From an uncultured Pseudomonadota bacterium (GTDB lineage: Bacteria > Pseudomonadota > Gammaproteobacteria > Steroidobacterales > Steroidobacteraceae): DNA of 64,000 bases. The DNA is taken from NCBI GenBank assembly GCA_963814675.1, contig CAWFDT010000015.1, positions 321,950-385,949 of the forward strand, in the 5' to 3' direction. The first letter of the stretch is position 1. Each line of letters opens with the position of its first letter. Under the pieces are notes generated by a model, which did no database searches, was not told the origin of the DNA, and saw only the letters and a program-made list of their open reading frames with translations. The position numbers and the translations under genes are program-made. Shown here piece after piece: positions 8,699-18,112 of this stretch.

Positions 8699-11113
8699 AT
8701 GAATTTGACGGTCAGAGCGACAGTGTCTGCAGTGCCGGGGATTGCCGGAATCGGATGGCGAGGTATTTCAGTCCTGGGTCTGATGGCGTTTGGCGTGGCG
8801 CTCACGGCGGGTTCCGGCGCGTGGGCACAGCAGGCCATCGACAGCGGGACCAGTGCGGTCGTGCTGCAGGAGGTCGTCGTCACCGCACAGAAGCGGGAAG
8901 AGAAACTGCACGATGTACCGATGGGGGTGACCGCAATCACCTCGGATGAGCTGCAGAAGCAGCAGCTCGTCAGCCTCGAGGACCTGCAATCCAAAGTGCC
9001 GGGCTTATCGCTGACGGCGGTTCAACCCGGCGAGACACGGCTTACCCTTCGCGGCCAGAACGTGGGCGGCATCGGCTCGACGGTGACCACCTACATCGAC
9101 GATACGCCCTTCGGCTCGAGCAACGCGCTCGCCAACGGCTTCTTTTTCACCGGTGATTTCGACACCTGGGACCTGCAGCGTGTGGAGGTGCTGCGCGGGC
9201 CCCAGGGAACGTTGTACGGCGCCGGCAGTGAGGGCGGTCTTCTTAAATATGTGACTAATCCGCCCGACCCGACGAAGTTTGCCGCGGCTGTCCAGGGTGG
9301 CGGCGAGGATGTCGCGCACGGTGAGGCTGCCGGGTCGGGCAAGGGCATGATCAACCTGCCGATCGGTGATCGCGCCGCATTTCGCCTCAGCGGCTACTAC
9401 GAGGGGTTACCCGGTTACGTCAATGATCCGTCGCTCGGCGAGAAGGACATCAATCGCGGCTATCGCGATGGCGTGCGTGCAGCTTTACTGGTCAACTTTA
9501 CCGACGACCTTTCAATACGACTGAACGCCTTCGGGCAGGACCTGCACACCGACGGGACGCCCAACACCGATGTGGTCGGAGCAGGAAATCTCCAGTTCAC
9601 GCCGCCCGCCAATCAGCTCGAGCCGCAGAACGGCAACTTCAACCAGCAACGCTTCATCAACGAGCCGGACACCTTCAAGTACCGTATCTACAGTGGCAAG
9701 CTCAACTGGAACAGCGGCTGGGGAACCTTCACCTCGATTACGAGCTACGGGACCACAGAGCAGAACGGGATTTCTGACGTAACTTCGACCGCGGTCGCGC
9801 CGGGGACCGGGCCAACGGGTACGTACGGCGATGTCGCTACGAGCCTTCTCGGACTCGTGGCCCCGCCGCCTCCCGGCGCGACCGCCGTCGCTGGGCTCGC
9901 CGAGCCCGCGTCGACCGAGATCAAGAAGTGGACCCAGGAGTTTCGTCTTGCCTCCTCGGCCGCGCAGACTCTCGAGTGGCAGCTCGGTGCGTTCTACACG
10001 CACGAGTCCTCGACGCTCGACGAGACGCTACCGCTCTTCTACATCCCGACGCAGGCGTACGCCCCTCTTCCGGATGCCCTGGGCGGTCCGTCGCTCGAGA
10101 ACTCTTCCCTCGACGCCCTGTATCGCGAGTGGGCCGGCTTTGCCGAAGTGACCTATCACTTCAGCCCGCAATTTGATCTCGGCCTCGGCGGCCGCTGGTC
10201 CGAGAACAAGCAGTCCGCCAGCCAGGTGACCAGCGGTGCGCTGCTCACGCTCAACCAGCAGCCTTCCCCGCAGGTGACTTCCGGCGACTCGACCGGCACC
10301 GACTGGACCTACTCGATTGCGCCACGCTGGCACGTGAGCAGCGACACCATGGTGTACGGGCGGATCGCGACCGGCTATCGGCCGGGCGGCCCGAACGACC
10401 TGCCTCCGAGCGCGCCAGCAAGCATCCAGCGACAGTACCAGCCTGACAAGACGACGAACTACGAGGTCGGCGTACGCACGGACCTGCTCGACAAGCGTCT
10501 GTCCGTCGATGTCGCCGCGTTCCTCGTCGACTGGACGAAGATTCAGCTGTTCGAAGAGGTCCAGCTGCCGGGACAACCTCCATTCGGCATCAACGCCAAC
10601 GGCGGCACCGCGCGCAGCAAGGGTGTCGAATGGACGTTCGGTTACACGCCGGTGACTGGCCTGACTTTCACGCTTGTGGGTGCGTACGTCGACGCCTACC
10701 TGACTTCGCCGGCGCCCGAAACCGGCGGCAACGAGGGCGATCCTTTGCCGTACGTGCCGAAATGGAGCACGTCGCTGGACGGGGCCTACACGTGGCATGC
10801 GTTTGGCGACTACAGCGCGTTCGCCGGGGCAACTTGGAGTTACATCGGTTCGCGCTTCAACGATTTCTCCGCCATTCCCGGTGCCACGGGCGCGCTCGAG
10901 CCGGAACCGCGCCCGGACCTGTCGAGCTACAACACGGTCAACCTGCGCGCCGGGCTGGAGAACGGTCGCTGGACGTTCGAGCTATACGGCAAGAACGTCG
11001 GCGACACCCGCGGCATAGCCTACTACACCAACTCGGGTAGCCCGAACTACGGAGGCACGGTTGGCTACGTTCAGCCGCGCACGGTCGGCGCGTTGGTGAC
11101 TGCCCGATTCTGA
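8699..11113 (+). CDS. TonB-dependent receptor
   Basis: ATG at 8699 follows GGGGG at 8-nt spacing. Signal peptide ends AWAQQ. Plug motifs VVVTAQKREEKLHDVPMGVTAI and RGQNVGG are present, and the sequence ends in the typical aromatic residue (TARF). Confidence 0.9.
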   Translation: MNLTVRATVSAVPGIAGIGWRGISVLGLMAFGVALTAGSGAWAQQAIDSGTSAVVLQEVVVTAQKREEKLHDVPMGVTAITSDELQKQQLVSLEDLQSKVPGLSLTAVQPGETRLTLRGQNVGGIGSTVTTYIDDTPFGSSNALANGFFFTGDFDTWDLQRVEVLRGPQGTLYGAGSEGGLLKYVTNPPDPTKFAAAVQGGGEDVAHGEAAGSGKGMINLPIGDRAAFRLSGYYEGLPGYVNDPSLGEKDINRGYRDGVRAALLVNFTDDLSIRLNAFGQDLHTDGTPNTDVVGAGNLQFTPPANQLEPQNGNFNQQRFINEPDTFKYRIYSGKLNWNSGWGTFTSITSYGTTEQNGISDVTSTAVAPGTGPTGTYGDVATSLLGLVAPPPPGATAVAGLAEPASTEIKKWTQEFRLASSAAQTLEWQLGAFYTHESSTLDETLPLFYIPTQAYAPLPDALGGPSLENSSLDALYREWAGFAEVTYHFSPQFDLGLGGRWSENKQSASQVTSGALLTLNQQPSPQVTSGDSTGTDWTYSIAPRWHVSSDTMVYGRIATGYRPGGPNDLPPSAPASIQRQYQPDKTTNYEVGVRTDLLDKRLSVDVAAFLVDWTKIQLFEEVQLPGQPPFGINANGGTARSKGVEWTFGYTPVTGLTFTLVGAYVDAYLTSPAPETGGNEGDPLPYVPKWSTSLDGAYTWHAFGDYSAFAGATWSYIGSRFNDFSAIPGATGALEPEPRPDLSSYNTVNLRAGLENGRWTFELYGKNVGDTRGIAYYTNSGSPNYGGTVGYVQPRTVGALVTARF

Positions 11114-11262
11114 CGGCATGAGAGGCGGCCGCGGTCAGGAAGGGGCTTATGAGTTCGAGGCGACTGGCTTGCCTCTCGCAACACGTCGTGGCTGGGGTTC
11201 TTCCACCCCGCCGACGGCTACTTCGAGCAGCACCTTAAGAGGCGTGCCATGGTGAAGCCGCA

Positions 11263-12315
11263 ATGAATGCAGCCCATGACGGTGGCGGTTCCGCGCAGTC
11301 GAACGTCCTGGAACTGCCATATCCGTATCTGCTGTTCCTCGGTGACACGACCGAGCCGGCGTACGCCAAGACCGCCTTCGGGCTGCGCGACTGGGCTCCG
11401 GAGCGCTGTCTCGCCGAATGGGGCTGCGATACCGCCACCGTCTCCACCGGTCTGCCGCGTCTTTCCCCGAAAGAGGCGCGCGTTCGCGGTGCGCGCGGGC
11501 TGGTGATCGGTGTCGCGAACACGGGCGGGATCATCGGCGAGAGCTGGGTGCCGCTGCTGGTCGAGGCACTGGAGGCAGGACTCGATATCGTCAGCGGCCT
11601 GCACGTGAAGCTCGGCTCCGTGCCGGCCCTGAAGGCCGCCGCGCACCGTTGCGGTCGGCGGTTGATCGACATACGCACGCCGCCGCCGAACATCCCCTGT
11701 GCAAGCGGATCCAAGCGTCCCGGGAAGCGCCTGCTGACCGTCGGCACCGACTGCGCGCTCGGCAAGAAATACAGCGCGCTGGCGATCGCTCGGGCTTTCA
11801 AGGCACGCGGCCACGCTGTCGACTTTCGCGCGACCGGACAGACCGGGATCCTCATCTCCGGCGGTGGCATGCCGATGGATGCGGTGGTCGCAGACTTTGA
11901 GGCCGGAGCCGCGGAATTGCTCAGCCCCGCTGCCGACCCTGCGCACTGGGACGTCATCGAAGGGCAGGGGTCCTTGTTCCACCCGGCCTATGCGGCGGTT
12001 TCCTTAGGTCTGCTGCACGGCAGCCAGCCGGATGTGATCGTGGTATGTCACCAGCCGGGACGCGAATGCGTGCTCGGCCATCCGGACTTCGCGCTGCCGA
12101 GCATCAGCGAGACGATAGACCTGAACCTGCGGCTCGGGAGGCTCACCAATCCTGCGATTCGCTGTGGCGGCGTCAGCCTCAATACCTCGCACCTGGATTT
12201 GGGCGCCGCGCGCGCGCTGATGGCGCAGCAGAGTGCCCAGCTCGGACTGCCGGTGGCGGATCCGATGCGTCCGGGAGCGGAATTCGAACGACTCATCGAC
12301 TGGTGCCTGGGCTGA
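11263..12315 (+). CDS. DUF1611-family protein (DgcN-like D-glutamate N-acetyltransferase family)
   Basis: 350 aa. PYPYLLFLGDTTEPAYAKTAFGLRDW, LTVGTDCALGKKYSA and EGQGSLFHPAY are as I recall for DUF1611. Confidence 0.75.
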   Translation: MNAAHDGGGSAQSNVLELPYPYLLFLGDTTEPAYAKTAFGLRDWAPERCLAEWGCDTATVSTGLPRLSPKEARVRGARGLVIGVANTGGIIGESWVPLLVEALEAGLDIVSGLHVKLGSVPALKAAAHRCGRRLIDIRTPPPNIPCASGSKRPGKRLLTVGTDCALGKKYSALAIARAFKARGHAVDFRATGQTGILISGGGMPMDAVVADFEAGAAELLSPAADPAHWDVIEGQGSLFHPAYAAVSLGLLHGSQPDVIVVCHQPGRECVLGHPDFALPSISETIDLNLRLGRLTNPAIRCGGVSLNTSHLDLGAARALMAQQSAQLGLPVADPMRPGAEFERLIDWCLG

Positions 12316-12339
12316 CCCGGGCGAGTGGGAATTAAGAAC

Positions 12340-14302
12340 ATGAGCATACAAAGACTGATCGCTTCCACCCTGATCGCCGGCGTTCTCGCGCTGGCGGGCA
12401 CGCTCGTCCTGGCGCAGGAGAGTCCGCCGGCACCGGTGGTTGCCGCAGCTACCGCCGCCCCGCTGACCGGCGCGGATGTAAACGCGTGGCTCGATGGCTA
12501 CATGCCGTACGCGCTCAAGAGCGGCGACATCGCCGGCGCCGTCGTGGTCGTCGTCAAGGACGGGCAGGTGCTGACCGAGCGTGGCTACGGTTACTCGGAC
12601 GTGGAGAAGCGCACGCCGGTGGATCCGGCCCTCACACTCTTCCGGCCCGGGTCGGTGTCGAAGCTGCTTCACCTGGACCGCGGTCATGCAACTGGTGGAG
12701 CAAGGCAAGATCAATCTCGACGCCGATATCAACCAGTACCTGGACTTCAAGATTCCCGAACGTGATGGCAAGCCCATCACCATGCGCAACCTGATGCAGC
12801 ACACGGCCGGATTCGAGGAACAGGCCAAGGGCATCATCTCCGAGGATCCGAAGGCTCCCGGATTCGACACGTTGCTGAAGGCTTGGGTACCGATGCGCGT
12901 GTTCGCACCCGGGACGACGCCCGCGTATTCGAACTACGGCGCCTCACTGGCCGGCTACATCGTCCAGCGCCTGTCTGGGGAGTCCTTCGACGGCTACATC
13001 GAGAAGCACATATTCGCCCCGCTCGACATGAAGCACTCCAGCTTCCGGCAGCCGCTGCCGGCCGAGCTCGTGCCGCTGATGTCCAAGGGCTATCCGGCCG
13101 CGTCCGAGGAGCCACGGCCGTTTGAGATCATAGGTCCCGCGCCGGCCGGCTCACTCGCCTCCAGCGGTGAGGACATGGCGCATTTCATGATCGCGCACCT
13201 GCAGGGCGGCGAATACCACGGCAACCGCATACTCACGGCCGAGACTGCCGAGACGATGCACAACAGTCCCCTGACGATGCTGCCGCCGCTGAACCGGATG
13301 GAACTCGGCTTCTTCGAGACCAACATCAACGGGCGCGAGGTGATCGGTCACCTGGGCGATACCGACTATTTCCACACCTCGCTGCATCTGTTCCTGAAGG
13401 AGAACGTGGGCTTCTACGTCTCGTTCAACAGTCTCGGGAAAGACGGTGCCGCCGGCGAACTGCGCGGCGCGCTATTCCAGGATTTCGCCGACCGTTACTT
13501 CCCCGCCACCCCGCCAAAGGCAGGCGTCGATGCGAAGACGGCCGCAGCGCACGCTGCGCTCATGCGTGGCGCCTGGGCGGTGTCGCGCGGCTCCCAGTCG
13601 AACTTTCTGGCCGGCGTCGGCTTCATCAGCCAGACCAAGGTCGGGGTCGGCAAGAAGGGCGAACTCGTGTTGCCGTTCCCGGGCCTCAACGGCAAGCCGC
13701 GCCACTGGATCGAGATTGCACCCTTCGTGTGGGCTGACGAGGACGGCCACGACCGGGCTGCCGCGCAGGTCATCGATGGTAAGCCGGTGCGCTTCAGCTT
13801 CGACCTGCTCTCGCCGTTCATGGTGTTCGAGCGCGTCCCCTGGTACGCCGCGAGCACCTGGCTGGTGCCGCTGTTCGGAATCGGGGTGGCGGCGTTGCTG
13901 CTGACCGCGCTGGTGTGGCCGGTGGCGGTGCTGGTGCGACGGCGCTACCGGGCACCGCTGACGCTGGCGCCTGCCTCACTGCGGGCCTACCGCTGGAGCC
14001 GAATCGCCGCGGTTGCGGTGCTGGCCGAGCTTGCTCTCTGGCTGCTGATCCTTACCCTCATAATCAAGGACACGAACAGCCTGAACGGACGGCTGGATCC
14101 GCTGTTGTGGTTCGCGCAGCTCTTCGGTGCTCTCGCCTTCTGGGGCGGCCTCGCGCTGATGCTGTGGAACCTGAAGGCGGTGTGGGGCGGCCAGCGTCGC
14201 TGGCCCGCGAAAGTCTGGAGTGTTGTGCTCGTGATCTCAGCCGGTGCGGTACTGTGGGTGGCGCTGGTATGCAAGCTGCTCAGCTTCGGAACCCACTATT
14301 GA
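12340..14302 (+). pseudogene. S12-family serine hydrolase (beta-lactamase / D-aminopeptidase fold) with C-terminal 4-TM anchor, interrupted by one +1 frameshift
   Basis: Frame 1 reads ...FRPGSVSKL up to 12666. Frame 2 continues FTWTAVMQLVEQGK from 12668, so one extra C sits at 12667 inside the SxxK motif. A YSN motif and four hydrophobic helices follow. Confidence 0.75.
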
Positions 14303-15312
14303 TGGCTGCCCTCAAGCTCACCGTCGAGAAGGTGAACCTGGCGTTCTCCGCGCCCTTTCGCATCTCCGGGTTCGTGTTCGACAGTCAGGACGCCGTCGTG
14401 GTGAGCGTGGACGACGGCACGCATCGGGGTCGCGGCGAGGCCGCCGGTGTCTACTACCTCAATGACAATGCGGCGCACATCGTTACCACGCTCGAGTCCA
14501 GGCGCGCGGCGATCGAGGCCGGCATCGACCGCGAGAAGCTGCAGTCGCTGCTCCCGGCGGGTGGCGCGCGCAACGCGCTTGACTGCGCACTGTGGGAGCT
14601 GGATTCCCGGCGCACCGGCAAGGCGGTGTGGGAACTTGCAGGACTGGACCCACCCAAGCCGCTGCTCACCACCTTCACGCTCGGCGCCGAGAGCCCGGCC
14701 CACATGGCCGAGGGTGCGCGGCGCTACGCGAGCGCCCGGGCCCTGAAACTCAAGCTCACCGGGGAAGCGGCGCTGGACCTGGAGCGCGTGAGAGCGGTCC
14801 GGGCCGCGCGACCGGACGCGTGGATCGGCGTCGATGCTAACCAGGGCTACACCATCGAGGGGCTGAAGCCCCTGATCGCCGGGCTCGTGGAGGCGCGGGT
14901 CATGCAGCTCGAGCAGCCCCTCAAGCGTGGCGCTGAGGCGCAACTGCAGGGCTTTGCGTCGCCGATCCCACTGATCGCGGATGAGAGCGCGCTCACCCTC
15001 GCCGATGTACCTTCACTGGTGGGCCGCTTCAGCATGGTGAACATCAAGCTCGATAAGTGCGGCGGCCTCACCGAGGGCCTTGCCATGGCGCGCGAGGCCC
15101 GTCGTCTGGGATTGGGCGTGATGGTCGGCAACATGGTGGGCACCAGTCTTGCCATGGCACCCTCGTTCGTCCTCGGGCAGCTGTGCGATGTCGTCGACCT
15201 GGATGGGCCCACCTTCCTCAAGCACGACCCCGCGCCGACCATCACCTATTCCGACGGCATGATCTGGTGCGACGAACAGGTGTGGGGGAGGCGGAGCAGG
15301 CAGCCCGCGTGA
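14302..15312 (+). CDS. enolase-superfamily dipeptide epimerase / N-acetyl-D-Glu racemase-like (DgcA-like)
   Basis: Internal ATG at 14302 (MAALKLTVEKVNLAFSAPFRISG) overlaps the upstream TGA. KLKL, DANQGY, LEQP and DES metal/catalytic motifs are present. Confidence 0.8.
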   Translation: MAALKLTVEKVNLAFSAPFRISGFVFDSQDAVVVSVDDGTHRGRGEAAGVYYLNDNAAHIVTTLESRRAAIEAGIDREKLQSLLPAGGARNALDCALWELDSRRTGKAVWELAGLDPPKPLLTTFTLGAESPAHMAEGARRYASARALKLKLTGEAALDLERVRAVRAARPDAWIGVDANQGYTIEGLKPLIAGLVEARVMQLEQPLKRGAEAQLQGFASPIPLIADESALTLADVPSLVGRFSMVNIKLDKCGGLTEGLAMAREARRLGLGVMVGNMVGTSLAMAPSFVLGQLCDVVDLDGPTFLKHDPAPTITYSDGMIWCDEQVWGRRSRQPA

Positions 15313-15366
15313 GTCCGCGCCGCGCCGTCCTCACGCCCGCGCACCGCATCTTCTGAGCGTGCGGCG

Positions 15367-16467
15367 ATGTCATCCCGGTTCCAGCGCTTCCTGCTACCCG
15401 CCTTTGCCTTCAAGGCGGTCGTGATCGGGGGTGGCTATGCCACCGGACGCGAGCTGGCCGAATTCTTCCTGCCCAGCGGGCCCTGGGGCGGTGTCGCCGC
15501 GATGTTGCTCGCGACCCTCATCTGGAGCGGCGTGTGTATTGCCACTTTTCGCTTCGCCCGCGCCGCCGGTGCGCGTGACTACCAGACCTTTGTGCGCGCG
15601 CTGCTCGGCCCGGGATGGATAGCCTTCGAGGCCGCCTACGTGCTGTTCGTGATCCTGATCCTGGCGGTATTCGGCGCGGCCGCGGGCGCCATTGCCGCAA
15701 GCCTGGGATTGCCCGCGATGGTCGGCACGCTGGCCCTAATGACGTCGATTGCCCTCGTGGTCGCCTACGGGAACGCGTCCGTCGAGCGCCTGTTCACGTA
15801 CGTCTCGTTCCTGCTGTACGGGGTCTACGCGCTGTTCTTGCTGCTCGCACTCACCCACTTCGGCGGACTGATCGTTGCGGGATTCTCCCGGCACGTACCC
15901 ATGGAGGGCTGGGTGACCGGTGGGGTGACCTATGCCAGCTACAACATCATCGGGGCGGTGGTGATCCTGCCGGTATTGCGTCACCTCACCAGTGACCGTG
16001 ATGCGGTCGTCGCAGGTCTCATCGCAGGTCCTCTGGCGATGCTGCCGGCGTTGCTGTTCTTCTGCTGCATGATGGCCTACTACCCCCAGATCGGCGCGGT
16101 CACGCTGCCGTCTGACTTCCTGCTGCAGCGCCTCGATCTGCCGCTGTTCCGCCTGCTGTTCCAGCTGATGATCTTCGCCGCGCTCTTGGAAAGTGGCACG
16201 GGCTCCGTGCATGCCATCAACGAGCGCATCGGCAACGCGTGGCGTCGTCGCCAGGGGCACTCGCTCGGGCACCGCGCACGTCTTGCGATCGCGCTCGTGA
16301 TCCTCACCGGGTGCATGTTCCTGGCGGCACGCTTTGGCCTGGTGGCGCTGATCGCCAATGGCTACCGGCTGCTCGCGGCGATATTCCTGCTCGTCTACGT
16401 ACTACCCGTTCTCACGATCGGCATCTTCAAACTGCGGCGCGGCCCCGCGCGCCAGGAAACGACATGA
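15367..16467 (+). CDS. YkvI-like polytopic membrane protein (putative amino-acid/peptide permease)
   Basis: 366 aa and about 11 hydrophobic segments. The N-terminal GGGYATGRELAEFF resembles the YkvI signature GAGFASGQEI..FF. Confidence 0.6.
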   Translation: MSSRFQRFLLPAFAFKAVVIGGGYATGRELAEFFLPSGPWGGVAAMLLATLIWSGVCIATFRFARAAGARDYQTFVRALLGPGWIAFEAAYVLFVILILAVFGAAAGAIAASLGLPAMVGTLALMTSIALVVAYGNASVERLFTYVSFLLYGVYALFLLLALTHFGGLIVAGFSRHVPMEGWVTGGVTYASYNIIGAVVILPVLRHLTSDRDAVVAGLIAGPLAMLPALLFFCCMMAYYPQIGAVTLPSDFLLQRLDLPLFRLLFQLMIFAALLESGTGSVHAINERIGNAWRRRQGHSLGHRARLAIALVILTGCMFLAARFGLVALIANGYRLLAAIFLLVYVLPVLTIGIFKLRRGPARQETT

Positions 16468-18038
16468 AGAAAATCATTCTCGCGGCGGTGTTTGCCGTCG
16501 GCTGTCCGGTGGTGTTCGGCGCCCCGCCCAAGGACTTCGCGCAGCGCGTGGAACGCGCCCGCACGGCCGTCGGGGTCCCCGGCATGGCGGTCACCATCGT
16601 CGAGGGCGATACGGTGACCTTCGCCAGGGGATTCGGCGTGAAGGCCATCGGCAGGAGCGAGGCGGTGGATACCGATACGATCTTCCCGACCGGCTCGACC
16701 GGCAAGGCGGTCACCGTGGCGGCCCTTGGCATCCTCGTGGACCAGGGCCGGATCGGCTGGGACGACAAGGTGATCGACCGACTGCCCGGGTTCCAGATGT
16801 ACGACCCCTGGGTCACGCGCGAGATCACGATCCGAGACCTCCTGGTCCACAGAAGCGGGCTCGGCCTGGGTGCCGGGGACCTGCTGTTCGTGCCGCGCAC
16901 CAATCTCAGCCGCGCGGAGTCGGTGCGCCGGCTGCGCTATATCAAACCTGCGACCAGTTTCCGCAGCGGCTTCGCCTACGACAACGTGCTCTACATGGTG
17001 GCGGGCCAGCTCATCGAGTCGGTGACCGGGGAGACCTGGGAGCACTTCACGGCGGAGCACGTCCTCAAGCCTGCCGGCATGCTGCACTCGACCAGCGACT
17101 CGGAGTCACGGTTCGCGGCGGTCAACCGCGCGCAGCCGCACGCGCGTATGGACGGCGGCTTCCGCGGGACCGGCACTCAGGAACTGTTGGATGAGCGCGA
17201 CGAACTCGGCCGCACCGCAGCCCCAGCCGGTGGACTTGCAGTCAGTGCCAACGACATGGGGCGGTGGCTCTCCATCCAGCTGCACGCCGGAGAGTTGCCA
17301 GGGCACGCCGGGCGCCTGTTCTCCGAAAAGGCGCACGAGCAGATGTGGACTCCGGTCGTACCGCAGCCGATCAGCCCGCTCCCCGAGGCCCTGAAAGCTA
17401 CGCAGCCGAGCTTCAACACTTATGCACTCGGCTGGGACGTCATGGACTACCGCGGCACGAAGGTCGTTTGGCACGGCGGTGCGGTGTTCGGTTTCCTGAC
17501 CGCGGTGGTGCTCATCCCGGACCGCCACGTCGGCTTTTCCATCCAGATCAACAGCGAGGACGGTGAGATCATCCGTGGGCTCATGTACGAGCTGCTGGAT
17601 CACTACCTCGCTCTGCCGCACACCGATTGGGTCGCCCGCTACCAGGCCGAGAAAAAGCGCCGGGTCGCTGAGGCGCTCGCGACCCTCAAGGCACAGACCG
17701 CCAAACCTGCCGCCGTTGGCCCCTCGCTCCCTCTCGAGCGCTACACCGGCAGCTTCGCCGATGCCTGGTACGGCAACATCGAAGTCACCCAGGCGGACGG
17801 CAAGCTCAGGATCGACTTCAAGTCGACGCCGCGCATGGCCGGCACCCTCGAGCACTGGCAGTACGACACCTTCGTCACGCACCTCGATGACAAGAGCATC
17901 GAGCCGGCCTACGTGACGTTCGGCCTGGGGCCCGATGGCGGCGTCGAGCGCGTGACTCTTAAGCCGGTCTCACCGCTGGCGGATTTCTCCTACGACTACC
18001 AGGACCTGATGTTCGTGCCCGTAACCAAGGCGCCATGA
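16464..18038 (+). CDS. S12-family serine hydrolase (beta-lactamase-related, D-aminopeptidase/DD-carboxypeptidase-like), secreted
   Basis: ATG at 16464 overlaps the upstream stop (ATGA). Signal peptide MKKIILAAVFAVGCPVVFG. SxxK motif FPTGSTGKAVT and YDN motif are present. Confidence 0.85.
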   Translation: MKKIILAAVFAVGCPVVFGAPPKDFAQRVERARTAVGVPGMAVTIVEGDTVTFARGFGVKAIGRSEAVDTDTIFPTGSTGKAVTVAALGILVDQGRIGWDDKVIDRLPGFQMYDPWVTREITIRDLLVHRSGLGLGAGDLLFVPRTNLSRAESVRRLRYIKPATSFRSGFAYDNVLYMVAGQLIESVTGETWEHFTAEHVLKPAGMLHSTSDSESRFAAVNRAQPHARMDGGFRGTGTQELLDERDELGRTAAPAGGLAVSANDMGRWLSIQLHAGELPGHAGRLFSEKAHEQMWTPVVPQPISPLPEALKATQPSFNTYALGWDVMDYRGTKVVWHGGAVFGFLTAVVLIPDRHVGFSIQINSEDGEIIRGLMYELLDHYLALPHTDWVARYQAEKKRRVAEALATLKAQTAKPAAVGPSLPLERYTGSFADAWYGNIEVTQADGKLRIDFKSTPRMAGTLEHWQYDTFVTHLDDKSIEPAYVTFGLGPDGGVERVTLKPVSPLADFSYDYQDLMFVPVTKAP

Positions 18039-18112
18039 ACCGGCGCCTGCGGCGGATGGCTGCAGGCGTACCCTTCTTAGCGCAATCACCGACTACTGTT
18101 TTGGGGAATCGC

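Noticed and set aside
13915-14301. Long N-terminal extensions of the epimerase ORF (13915) and the second hydrolase ORF (16239-16463)
   Set aside because: The extensions overlap the 3' ends of the preceding genes in another frame. Homologue-like sequence and signal peptides begin at the internal ATGs 14302 and 16464.
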